64,000 bases of DNA from Gammaproteobacteria bacterium (GTDB lineage Bacteria; Pseudomonadota; Gammaproteobacteria; SZUA-229): contig JAGXGK010000053.1 in assembly GCA_024636785.1 (NCBI GenBank), positions 1,525-65,524 on the forward strand, given 5' to 3'. The notes below the pieces were generated by a model that saw only the letters and a program-made list of their open reading frames with translations, ran no database searches and was not told where the DNA came from. Shown here in pieces: positions 17,633 to 26,856 of this stretch (position 1 is its first letter; the number at the start of each line of letters is the position of its first letter). The translations under genes and the position numbers were made by a program.

Positions 17633-19372
17633 ATGAATAGAACACAGCAAATACTGCTGATCCTGTTAACCTGTTTGTGTTCCACAGGGCTGTTTGCGCA
17701 GGTCACTGTCAATATTGAAATCAGCGGCATCAGCGAACCGCTGGAGGAAAACGCGCGCCTGTTTCTGAGCCTGGCTGAAGTGCAGAGCCATACCCTTCTG
17801 AGCGAAGGCCGCATGCATCACCTGCACAAAAAAGCGCCGCAGGAAATCGCCGACGCCCTGAAGCCTTACGGTTATTACCGCCCCAACATTAAATCCCGCT
17901 TAACTCAGACCGCGCCCGAAAAATGGCTGGCTCATTACAGTGTTGATCCCGGTCCGCCGGTGCATATCAGCGAGTTCAATTTCAATCTCAGCGGTGCGAT
18001 GAAAGATGATCCGAAAGCTCAGACGCTGATCAATAATTTCCCTCTCCGGCAGGGCTATGTGCTCAACCATTCCGCCTATAATGATATTAAAGAGAGACTG
18101 GCCGAGCTGGCTCGTGAGCGGGGTTATTTCGACGCCAAACTTGTTACTCATCGGATTGAAATTGATATTGAAGTTTATGAAGCCCGGATTTATCTGGACT
18201 ATGACAGTGGCCCGCGTTACGACTTCGGTGAGGTGCAACTGGAACAGGATGTGCTCAACCCGGAGTTTTTGCAGCGTTACATTCATTTCCATCAAGGCGA
18301 GCCTTACGAACTGAATGAGCTCATCGATTTTCAACATGCGCTCAACGACAGTGACTACTTTCAAAGCGTCGAGGTTTCACCCGGCAAGCCGCAAACTGAG
18401 GCGCTGAAAATACCGGTTAATGTCAGCCTCACTCCGCGCAAGCGCCACCGTTTCAGCCTGGGTCTCGGTTACGGCACCGATACCGGTGCCCGCACCCGCT
18501 TTGGCTGGGAGATGCCCCGGGTGAATAAAAAAGGTCATCGTTTTGATACCGAACTCAGGGTGTCTGAAATTGGCTACAGCCTGACTGCGCGTTACCGGGT
18601 ACCGGTTTTCAACCCGCGCACCGATCAGATTGTTTACAGCGCCGGTATTATTGACGAGACCACGGACACCAGCGAAAGCAACATCCGCACCGTCGGTGTC
18701 AGCCTCAATCATAATCGTCGCGACTGGCGTGAATCTCTTTCACTGAACTACCAGCAGGAAGAGTTCACTATCGCCAACGTCAGAGGGGATTCCACGTTGC
18801 TGATGCCCGGAGCCAGCTGGAGCCGCACCTGGGGCAACGATTTCATCAACACCTTCGACGGCCTGCGCTTTGACTTCAGCATGCGCGGTGCCAGCAAAAA
18901 AATCATCTCCGATACAGATTTCATGCAGGTTCTGGGCGGCATTAAATTCATCACTTCCCTGAGTGCACGCAATCGTATTATTACCAGGGGCAGTCTGGGC
19001 AGCACCCTGACGCAGGACTTCGAACAGCTGCCCTCTTCGGTGCGCTTTTTCGCCGGCGGCTCACAGAGCGTGCGCGGATATTCCTACCAGTCGCTCGGGC
19101 CGGTGGATGCCAATGGCCTGGTCATCGGCGGCAAGAATCTGATGGTGGGCAGCATTGAGTACGACTACAGCATCGGGGATCAATGGAGCGTTGCCCTGTT
19201 TTATGATGGCGGCAACGCCATCAACAATCTCTCTGATGATCTGGAACGGGGTGCCGGTTTCGGCTTTCGCTGGAAATCACCGGTGGGGCCGGTGCGTATC
19301 GACTTTGCCAGCGCCATTTCCCAGGAAGGCAGTCCCTGGCGCATTCACATCAACATCGGGCCAGATTTATGA
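17633..19372 (+). CDS. tamA: Outer-membrane translocation and assembly module protein TamA (Omp85 family)
   Basis: The 579-aa product has a signal peptide, POTRA-like repeats and a C-terminal Omp85 barrel (RFFAGGSQSVRGYSYQSLGP...GFGFRWKSPVGPVRIDFA). It is paired with tamB. Confidence 0.85.
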   Translation: MNRTQQILLILLTCLCSTGLFAQVTVNIEISGISEPLEENARLFLSLAEVQSHTLLSEGRMHHLHKKAPQEIADALKPYGYYRPNIKSRLTQTAPEKWLAHYSVDPGPPVHISEFNFNLSGAMKDDPKAQTLINNFPLRQGYVLNHSAYNDIKERLAELARERGYFDAKLVTHRIEIDIEVYEARIYLDYDSGPRYDFGEVQLEQDVLNPEFLQRYIHFHQGEPYELNELIDFQHALNDSDYFQSVEVSPGKPQTEALKIPVNVSLTPRKRHRFSLGLGYGTDTGARTRFGWEMPRVNKKGHRFDTELRVSEIGYSLTARYRVPVFNPRTDQIVYSAGIIDETTDTSESNIRTVGVSLNHNRRDWRESLSLNYQQEEFTIANVRGDSTLLMPGASWSRTWGNDFINTFDGLRFDFSMRGASKKIISDTDFMQVLGGIKFITSLSARNRIITRGSLGSTLTQDFEQLPSSVRFFAGGSQSVRGYSYQSLGPVDANGLVIGGKNLMVGSIEYDYSIGDQWSVALFYDGGNAINNLSDDLERGAGFGFRWKSPVGPVRIDFASAISQEGSPWRIHINIGPDL

Positions 19373-22300
19373 AGCGACTGAGTCGACTCATAATACTTTT
19401 ACTCCTGCTGATGGTTGTGCTGATGGTTGTGCTGCTGATCTGGCTGACGACGACCCAGAGCGGTCTGCGCTGGGGCTATGAACAGGCCAGCCGCTATCTG
19501 CCGGGCGAGCTGAACATTGCCGAAGTGCGTGGTCGACTGATCGGCCCGATCACCCTGCGGGATTTCGAGTTTGAGCAGGATGGCACACGGGTCAAAGCCG
19601 ATAAGATTCTGCTCGACTGGCAACCCATGGCGCTGCTGACCACCCAGATTAATATCACCCGTGTGCATATCCAGTCACTCGACATCGTTTTACCCGAGCC
19701 GACTGAGACTGCAACGCCCGAGCCGACGCTGCCCGAGATCCAGTTACCCAATATCTATCTGCCCTGGGGAATGGCATTGCAGGAGGCGCAGATTGATGAT
19801 TTCAGCTTTAGCCGGGGCGAGCAAAACATCGAGCTCAATCAGATCAAACTCAGCGCAACCACGCAAATCAGCACGATCAAAATCAAAACCTTCAGCGTCA
19901 GCGCGGATAACTTCAGTCTGAACATCAAGGGCAAGCTCAACCCCGTGCGCAGTTACCGCCATGATCTGGCAATAAACTGGCAGCTGGAACTGCCTTCCGG
20001 CGAACAGGTTGACGGTAGCGGTCGGCTCAAAGGCGATGTGCAGAGCACCCGGCTCAGCCAGCAACTGCGCGGCCCATTACAGCTGAGCCTCAACGCCGAA
20101 TTAAACGACCTGCTCGACCAGCTCAACTGGCAAACTGAAATCAAAGCCAGCGCCTTCGATCTGTCAAAAATCAGCACCGACCTGCCCGCCCTGAACGGCG
20201 CACTCCAGCTCCAGGGCGAAGGTGACCTGAACACCGCCACGCTTTTGGCAACAATGAATGGTCACTATCCCGATGTAGGCGCGTTCGAATCCAGCCTGCG
20301 CGTGCAGCGACTGAGCGGCAACACCCTCCAGCTAGATCAGCTGCAACTGCGCACGCCCGACGGCAACACTCTGATCGACAGTCAGGGAACATGGACACCG
20401 GGCGATGACGGCGGCGAGTTCAAACTGACGCTGGACTGGCAGAATCTGCGCTGGCCATTACAGGCCGAAACGCCCGCTGTGTTCAACAGTGCCAACGGCA
20501 GAGGTTCGGTCGAAGGTACGATGCAAAACTACCGGATAAGCCTGAAGAGCGACAGTCCATGGCCCGAGCTATTGCCCTCCAGCTGGACAGCGCAGGCCGA
20601 AGGCAATCTCGAGAGTCTCACTCTCCAGTCGCTACGCGTGACCGCACTGGACGGTGAAGCGGTCGCCACCGGTCAGCTCAACTGGTCAGCGGCGCTGAAC
20701 TGGCAGGTTGAGGTCAACGCCGAGGGCATCAACCCCGCCGGTCTGCTGCCGCAATGGCCGGGGCAGTTGAATGCAAAGTTGAACAGCAGCGGGCACATCG
20801 ATCAGGGCGAACTGAGCGCCGAGGCCGAGATTAACCAGCTCAGCGGCACCCTGCGCGGCTACCCGGTGTCACTCCAGAGCCAGCTGAAATGGCGCGACAA
20901 CGGTGTCGATCTAAACCAGTTCGAAGCCCGTTCGGGCGAAGCGCAGATCAGTGCGCAGGGTCGGCTAGCGGAGACGCTGAAACTGGACTGGTCTATCGCC
21001 GCCGACAATCTGGCCGAGCTCTATCCTCAGGCTCAGGGGCAACTCCACGCCACAGGCCGAATGACCGGACCACCCGCGACACCCACGATTCAGACTACGT
21101 TCAAGGGTCAGGCGCTGGCGCTGGCGGATTACCGTATCGATACGCTCGACGGCGACCTGAGTGTGGATCTGTTCAAGTGGCAGCAGCTCGAAATCAACCT
21201 CAGTGCGCAGGCGCTGGAGCTGAACGGTTATATCCTGCAATCGCTGGATGTAACCAGCGCCGAGCAACGCATCGAACTGGAAGCCATCGGCGATAAGCTC
21301 ACGGCGCACTTTAAACTCTACAGCCACACCGACGCGCAGGGCTGGCACGGTCGTCTGGAGCAGGCTGATATTCGTAGTCAGGATTTTGACCACTGGCAAC
21401 TCAGGGCACCGGCCAGTCTCGAGGTTTCCGAAACGGCCATTCAGGCCGAGCCTATCTGCCTACAAAGCAGCGAAGGTGAAGTCTGCCTGAGGCTGCACCG
21501 GCAGGATAATCTCTGGCAGGCGAAGCTGAATGCCGAACAGATACCCTTGCAGCTGCTCGGCCCGTTTCTGCCGATTGATCTGATTCTGGATGGCAAATTC
21601 AACGCTTCCACCGAGCTGAATTTTCAGGCTCCCGATCAGCTGCTGGGCGAAGGTAAAATCGAGCTGTTGCCGGGCACGGTCAGCTACCCGCTGCTGGAAG
21701 GCGAACGCGAGCGCTGGGAATATAACGCTGCGACGCTGTCGTTCTTCATGCAGGAGTCGGGCATCACTGCCAGTGCTGAGATGAGTACGAGCAAGGGCGA
21801 TCAAATGCACTTCAAGGCCGAGCTGCCACAGGCACAGTTACTTACGCTCGACCCGGCACAGCAGCCGCTGAATGCAGAACTCCGGCTGGCGGTACAGGAT
21901 CTGAAATTTATCGAAGCCCTGCTGCTGGATGTGCAGGATCTGGAAGGCGAAGTTAACATCAATCTTAGCGCCGCAGGCACACTGGCCCGGCCCCGATTGA
22001 GTGGTGAGGTACGTCTGCTCAATGCTTCGTTACGCGTACCTCGCCTCGGCCTGAACATTACCGAAGTCAGCCTGAACGGCGAGAGCGAGACTTTCAACAA
22101 ATTCGGTTTCAGTCTTGATGCCCGCTCCGGTAGCGGTCGCCTGGCCATCACCGGCCAGACCCTTCTGGACAGCACCGCCGGCTGGCCGACCGAAATCAAC
22201 ATCAAGGGCGATGAATTTGAAGTCTCGCGCATTCCCGAAGCGCGCATCCTGGCCACCCCCGACCTGCAAGTTAATATAAAAAATCGCACCATTGAGGTAC

Positions 22301-23121
22301 GCGGCGGTATTCACATCCCCTACGCCAGACTGCAACCCAAAGACATCACCACCGCAACGCGGGTTTCAGAAGATGTAGTGATCGTCGGGCGTGAACAGAT
22401 GAAGGAAGAAAAATGGCTGATTGATACCCGGGTTCGACTGACGCTGGGCGAGCGCGTGCATTTTTACGGCTATGGTTTTGAAGGCCGACTGGGGGGAAGC
22501 CTGCTGCTGGAAGATCAGCCCGGACAGCTCACCAAAGCCACCGGCGAAATCACCGTCGAAGAGGGACGCTATCGCGCCTACGGACAAAGACTGGAAATTG
22601 AACACGGTCGACTGGTCTTTACCGGCGGCTCGCTGACCAACCCGGGGCTGGATCTACGCGCCGTGCGTCAGGTTGATGCAGTGACAGCCGGCATCAGAGT
22701 CAGAGGCAGCCTCAGACAACCGCAACTGGAACTGTTTTCCACCCCGGCCATGGGGCAGACAGACATACTTTCCTACCTCATGCTTGGCGGCCCTATCGAC
22801 AGCGCCTCGGGCGAACAAGGCGCCATGATGGCCCAGGCTGCGCTGGCTCTAAGTCTCAGCGGCGGCGACCAGCTGGCACGAACCCTGGGTGACCGTTTCG
22901 GACTGGACGAGATGCGCGTTGAGAGCAGCGCATCCGGTGATCAGGCCTCACTGGTAGTGGGCCGATATTTGTCACCGCGACTGTATATCAGCTACGGCGT
23001 GGGCCTGATCGAATCGTTCAACACCCTGATGCTGCGTTACAGAATTTCCAACAAATGGCACATCAAAGTTGAAAGCGGCGAATACCATGGTGCGGACATT
23101 ATATATACCATCGAGCGTTAA
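19369..23121 (+). CDS. tamB: Translocation and assembly module protein TamB (DUF490)
   Basis: The 1250-aa product has an N-terminal membrane anchor and a long beta-rich body. The C-terminal DUF490-like end reads LSYLMLGGP...LVVGRYLSPRLYISYGVGL. Its start overlaps the tamA stop (ATGA). Confidence 0.85.
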   Translation: MKRLSRLIILLLLLMVVLMVVLLIWLTTTQSGLRWGYEQASRYLPGELNIAEVRGRLIGPITLRDFEFEQDGTRVKADKILLDWQPMALLTTQINITRVHIQSLDIVLPEPTETATPEPTLPEIQLPNIYLPWGMALQEAQIDDFSFSRGEQNIELNQIKLSATTQISTIKIKTFSVSADNFSLNIKGKLNPVRSYRHDLAINWQLELPSGEQVDGSGRLKGDVQSTRLSQQLRGPLQLSLNAELNDLLDQLNWQTEIKASAFDLSKISTDLPALNGALQLQGEGDLNTATLLATMNGHYPDVGAFESSLRVQRLSGNTLQLDQLQLRTPDGNTLIDSQGTWTPGDDGGEFKLTLDWQNLRWPLQAETPAVFNSANGRGSVEGTMQNYRISLKSDSPWPELLPSSWTAQAEGNLESLTLQSLRVTALDGEAVATGQLNWSAALNWQVEVNAEGINPAGLLPQWPGQLNAKLNSSGHIDQGELSAEAEINQLSGTLRGYPVSLQSQLKWRDNGVDLNQFEARSGEAQISAQGRLAETLKLDWSIAADNLAELYPQAQGQLHATGRMTGPPATPTIQTTFKGQALALADYRIDTLDGDLSVDLFKWQQLEINLSAQALELNGYILQSLDVTSAEQRIELEAIGDKLTAHFKLYSHTDAQGWHGRLEQADIRSQDFDHWQLRAPASLEVSETAIQAEPICLQSSEGEVCLRLHRQDNLWQAKLNAEQIPLQLLGPFLPIDLILDGKFNASTELNFQAPDQLLGEGKIELLPGTVSYPLLEGERERWEYNAATLSFFMQESGITASAEMSTSKGDQMHFKAELPQAQLLTLDPAQQPLNAELRLAVQDLKFIEALLLDVQDLEGEVNINLSAAGTLARPRLSGEVRLLNASLRVPRLGLNITEVSLNGESETFNKFGFSLDARSGSGRLAITGQTLLDSTAGWPTEINIKGDEFEVSRIPEARILATPDLQVNIKNRTIEVRGGIHIPYARLQPKDITTATRVSEDVVIVGREQMKEEKWLIDTRVRLTLGERVHFYGYGFEGRLGGSLLLEDQPGQLTKATGEITVEEGRYRAYGQRLEIEHGRLVFTGGSLTNPGLDLRAVRQVDAVTAGIRVRGSLRQPQLELFSTPAMGQTDILSYLMLGGPIDSASGEQGAMMAQAALALSLSGGDQLARTLGDRFGLDEMRVESSASGDQASLVVGRYLSPRLYISYGVGLIESFNTLMLRYRISNKWHIKVESGEYHGADIIYTIER

Positions 23122-23247
23122 GTTGTGGTTGTTGCACATTGAATATCGATGATACAGGCTCACCGGTTTCTATAAAAATACGACTGAAAATTCAGCGGCA
23201 AAAATTAAAAACCTCCCACCGCGCAAGCACTATTTATAAAATTTTAA

Positions 23248-24147
23248 TTATAAATCGTAATATTTCTTGATCACCTGCCAGGCTTCCACGGCGGTATCTA
23301 CAAACCTGAAAAGACCCAAATCCTTTTCATCAATCATACCCTCCTCCACCATGGCTTCAAAATTAATGATACGCCGCCAGTAAGCACTGCCCAACAGCAA
23401 AATCGGCACCGGTTTTATTTTGCGCGTCTGAATCAAAGTGAGGGTTTCAAACAGCTCATCCATAGTGCCGAAACCACCGGGACAAGCGACCAGCGCCCGC
23501 GCGCGTTTGAGAAAATGCATTTTACGAATCGCAAAATAGTGAAACTGAAAACACAGCTCCGGCGTGATGTACTCATTGGGGCGTTGTTCAAACGGCAGCA
23601 CAATATTAAGCCCGATGCTTTTTCCGCCCGCTTCCATAGCACCCCGATTAGCCGCTTCCATAATACCCGGCCCACCCCCGGTAATCACCACCATCTCACA
23701 GCGCCCCGGTGCTAATGTAGTCTCGGTAATGATAGTGCTCAGCTTTCGTGCCACATCATAATAACGACTATTTTCCAAAACACGTTGTGCAATCGTCGCT
23801 CGCTTTTGCAGCTTCTCATCATCAGGCTTCTTATCGACGAGGCGCTGTGCTTTTAACAGCAGCTTTTCAGCCGTAGGTCGATCGGGAATTCGCGCACTGC
23901 CAAAAATAACAATCGTCGATTCGATACCCTCTTCACTCTGAATAAGATCCGGCTTGAGCAACTCCAGCTGCAACCGTACCGGTCGCAACTCATCACGCAG
24001 AAGAAACTCCTGATCGGTATAAGCCAGTGAATAGGTAGATGATCGCGTCTGCGGGGTATCCGCCTTTAAGTAGGCTGAAGACGCGTCCTGCGCAGCCGTC
24101 GGAAATGGATTTTCTTCGATATCAATCAAGTCATCTTTATCAGTCAT
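23248..24147 (-). CDS. LOG/TIGR00730-family Rossmann-fold nucleotide-binding protein (PpnN-like nucleosidase)
   Basis: Motifs are ITGGGPGIMEAANRGA and PGGFGTMDELFE. I prefer the ATG at 24147 (MTDKDDLIDIE), preceded by AGGTGG, over the ORF-track start at 24255. Confidence 0.75.
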   Translation of the reverse strand: MTDKDDLIDIEENPFPTAAQDASSAYLKADTPQTRSSTYSLAYTDQEFLLRDELRPVRLQLELLKPDLIQSEEGIESTIVIFGSARIPDRPTAEKLLLKAQRLVDKKPDDEKLQKRATIAQRVLENSRYYDVARKLSTIITETTLAPGRCEMVVITGGGPGIMEAANRGAMEAGGKSIGLNIVLPFEQRPNEYITPELCFQFHYFAIRKMHFLKRARALVACPGGFGTMDELFETLTLIQTRKIKPVPILLLGSAYWRRIINFEAMVEEGMIDEKDLGLFRFVDTAVEAWQVIKKYYDL

Positions 24148-24332
24148 AACAGCCACCTGGATCTTTATAATTTTTTGTATATTAGCAGCATGGTCTACAG
24201 TTGGCTTGTTATAGTCAAGCATTGGGTGTGTTGACACGCTATAAGCAGCTGTCATCTCGAACGCATGTGAGAGATCCTGGTTTTTTTCGATGCCACGCTC
24301 CTACGTAGGAATGCATATAGTGTATACACTTA

Positions 24333-24399
24333 CGCAATTATTAACCTTCCTGATAAGTCATAGCATTATGGGTAGTGGGTAGTCGCACCCACGGGCGAG
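24333..24399 (+). repeat. 67-bp repeat, family C, copy 2
   Basis: The sequence CGCAATTATTAACCTTCCTGATAAGTCATAGCATTATGGGTAGTGGGTAGTCGCACCCACGGGCGAG matches the reverse complement of 7467-7533. It abuts the truncated SPFH gene remnant. Confidence 0.8.
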
Positions 24400-24603
24400 C
24401 CAATGTCATTCACGCCATGGGCGAGATGGAAGCGGCGGAAAAATTACTGCAAGCCAGCCACCAACATACTCTCACAGCAGCCCCAGGCATTACAGTTACG
24501 TTACATGCAAACACTGACTGACATCGCAGGCGAACGTACCAATACTATCGTCTTCCCGCTTCCCCTTGATTTGATCGACGCGCTGATGAACAAGCCTAAA
24601 TAA
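24400..24603 (+). pseudogene. Remnant of an SPFH/band-7 (stomatin-like) gene: C-terminal about 65 codons only, with a frameshift
   Basis: One frame gives ANVIHAMGEMEAAEKLLQAS. The +1-shifted frame continues ILSQQPQALQLRYMQTLTDIAGERTNTIVFPLPLDLIDALMNKPK*. Together these resemble the conserved C-terminus of stomatin-like proteins. No N-terminal part is present. Confidence 0.65.
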
Positions 24604-24625
24604 TCTAAGCGACTCTCCGCAGCAG

Positions 24626-24666
24626 GTAGTGCAGAACACCGGAAGAGCCCCGGTGTTCTGCACTAC
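24626..24666. repeat. Perfect 17-bp stem hairpin
   Basis: The structure is GTAGTGCAGAACACCGG-AAGAGCC-CCGGTGTTCTGCACTAC. No U-tract follows on either strand. Confidence 0.85.
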
Positions 24667-24689
24667 GTCACAAATATGTCATAATGGTT

Positions 24690-24707
24690 TTGTAACATAT
24701 CTGTCAT
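24690..24707 (+). promoter_or_regulatory. Candidate Pho box upstream of ppk (weak call)
   Basis: TTGTAACATATCTGTCAT matches the E. coli Pho-box consensus CTGTCATAWAWCTGTCAY at 15/18 positions. A further TGTCAT lies 14 nt upstream. It ends only 22 nt before the predicted GTG start, which is awkward for a promoter. Confidence 0.25.
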
Positions 24708-24729
24708 TTAACATAGAGAACATTTTTCC

Positions 24730-26805
24730 GTGGATAACGTCGATCTAAAACAGCCCGAGTTGTATATCAATCGTGAGATGAGCCTACTGGAGTTTAACGC
24801 CCGGGTGCTGGAACAGGCCAGAGATCCGACTGTCCCTCTGCTGGAACGCCTGAGATATCTGTGTATTTCCAGCACCAATCTGGATGAGTTTTATGAAGTG
24901 AGAGTTGCCGGTGAGATCCAGAAGCACAAGCTGGGCTCCACCCAGGCAGGTGCCGACAATATGTCGCCGCAGGAGGTGCTCAAGGCCATTCGTGTTCGTT
25001 GCGAATCACTGGTCAAGGATCAATACCGGGTACTGAATGAAGTCCTCATTCCTGAATTAGCCGATGAAGGAATCCGCTTTTTCAAACGCTCCGACTGGAC
25101 TGAGGCTCAGGAGAAATGGCTGCATGAATATTATGAGAACGAGCTCTCTCCGATACTCAGCCCTATGGGACTGGACCACGCCCACCCTTTTCCCAAGGTA
25201 CTGAACAAGAGTCTCAATTTTATTGTTTCGCTTTCGGGCAAAGATGCTTTTGGCCGGAGCGGAGGCATGGCCATCGTTCAGGCACCACGGGCGTTGCCCA
25301 GAGTTATTCAGTTGCCGCCTTCGGTAGAGGGCAACGGCCCCCATGATTTTGTTTTTCTGTCATCAGTGATTCACGCCTTTGTCGACGAACTTTTTCACGG
25401 CATGAAAGCCAAGGGCTGTTACCAGTTCAGGGTGACCCGTAACAGTGATCTGTTCGTCGATGAAGAAGAGATCGATGATTTACTGCATGCGGTGGAAGGT
25501 GAGCTGACCTCCCGCAATTACGGCGACACCGTGCGTCTGGAGATAACCGATGGATGCCCGGATGATCTGCTGAATTTTCTACTGGTGCGTTTCCGGCTTA
25601 GTATGGATCAGGTTTTTCAGGTCGACGGTCCGGTTAATCTGAATCGTCTGCAGGCGGTCTGTGATGAGGTAGACCGGGCGGATCTCAAGTTTCCGTCATT
25701 TATCTCGGGAATGCCCAGCGTACTTAAACGCAGCAAAAGTATTTTTGCCACTATCAAAAAACAGGACTTACTGTTTCATCATCCTTTTGAATCGTTTGCG
25801 CCGGTAATCGACCTGCTACGCCAGGCGGCTAAAGACCCTAATGTCCTCAGTATCAAACAGACCCTGTATCGTACCGGACCCGAGTCTGCGATTGTTGACG
25901 CGCTGGTGGAAGCGGCGCGCAAGGGCAAGGAGGTCACCGTGGTGGTGGAGTTGCGGGCGCGGTTTGATGAAGAGGCCAATGTGGCGCTGGCAAATCGTTT
26001 GCAGGAGGTGGGTGCACATGTGCTGTACGGCATCGTCGGCTACAAGACCCACGCCAAGATGTTATTGATTGTGCGTCGTGAGAACAAAATGCTGCGCCAT
26101 TATGTGCATCTGGGCACCGGTAATTATCATGCCCGAACCGCCCGCGTGTACACCGATTACGGCCTGCTCACCTGCGACAAGATTATCGGCGAAGATGTAC
26201 ATAAAATCTTTAATCAGCTCACCAGTCTGGGCAAAGTGATCAAACTCAACAAGCTGTTGCAGTCTCCGTTTACTCTGTTTGATGGCATGATAAAAATGAT
26301 TGAGCGCGAAAAAACGAATGCGGAGCATGGCAAACCCGCCCGCATTATCGCCAAGCTCAATTCGATCATCGAGCCGCATATTATTCAGGCCCTTTATCAG
26401 GCTTCCATGGCCGGTGTGGAAATCGATTTGATCGTACGCGGCGTCTGTGGCCTGCGTCCCGGTGTGCCGGGCATTTCAGAAAATATTCGCGTACGTTCCA
26501 TTATTGGTCGTTTTCTGGAACACACCCGGGTGTTCTATTTTGAAAACAATGGCACTCCCGAGGTGTTTGCCTCCAGCGCCGACTTGATGGGAAGAAATCT
26601 GTTCAAACGTGTTGAAACCTGCTTTCTTATCGAAACCAAAAAACATCGTGAGCGGGTCATCCATGATCTGAAACTCTATCTAAAGGACAACACTCAGGCC
26701 TGGATACTCCAGCAGGACGGTCGTTATCTGCGCGTCGATCCCGGTGATGATGAGCTGATTTCCGCACAGCAGACCTTGCTGAAAGAACTGGCTGAAAGCG
26801 TCTAG
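24730..26805 (+). CDS. ppk: Polyphosphate kinase 1
   Basis: The 691-aa product starts at GTG. The N-terminus LYINREMSLLEFNARVLEQA, the motif ERLRYLCISSTNLDEFYEVRV and the two PLD-like HKD regions are typical of PPK1. Confidence 0.95.
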   Translation: MDNVDLKQPELYINREMSLLEFNARVLEQARDPTVPLLERLRYLCISSTNLDEFYEVRVAGEIQKHKLGSTQAGADNMSPQEVLKAIRVRCESLVKDQYRVLNEVLIPELADEGIRFFKRSDWTEAQEKWLHEYYENELSPILSPMGLDHAHPFPKVLNKSLNFIVSLSGKDAFGRSGGMAIVQAPRALPRVIQLPPSVEGNGPHDFVFLSSVIHAFVDELFHGMKAKGCYQFRVTRNSDLFVDEEEIDDLLHAVEGELTSRNYGDTVRLEITDGCPDDLLNFLLVRFRLSMDQVFQVDGPVNLNRLQAVCDEVDRADLKFPSFISGMPSVLKRSKSIFATIKKQDLLFHHPFESFAPVIDLLRQAAKDPNVLSIKQTLYRTGPESAIVDALVEAARKGKEVTVVVELRARFDEEANVALANRLQEVGAHVLYGIVGYKTHAKMLLIVRRENKMLRHYVHLGTGNYHARTARVYTDYGLLTCDKIIGEDVHKIFNQLTSLGKVIKLNKLLQSPFTLFDGMIKMIEREKTNAEHGKPARIIAKLNSIIEPHIIQALYQASMAGVEIDLIVRGVCGLRPGVPGISENIRVRSIIGRFLEHTRVFYFENNGTPEVFASSADLMGRNLFKRVETCFLIETKKHRERVIHDLKLYLKDNTQAWILQQDGRYLRVDPGDDELISAQQTLLKELAESV

Positions 26806-26847
26806 AAGGCTGTCGTGTTTAGGGGGATTGAAGCGAGGGAGTGGGAG
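26805..26847. mobile_element. MITE family A left-end fragment (about 43 bp)
   Basis: GAAGGCTGTCGTGTTTAGGGGGATTGAAGCGAGGGAGTGGGAG matches the first about 43 bp of the family A copy at 31809. It sits between the convergent ppk and ppx stops. Confidence 0.7.
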
Positions 26848-26856
26848 CAGCGGGCA

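Noticed and set aside
19405-19432. 12-bp tandem duplication (GATGGTTGTGCT x2) at the start of tamB
   Set aside because: It encodes LMVVLMVV inside the hydrophobic signal-anchor. It is in frame and harmless, most likely simple slippage of no functional significance.
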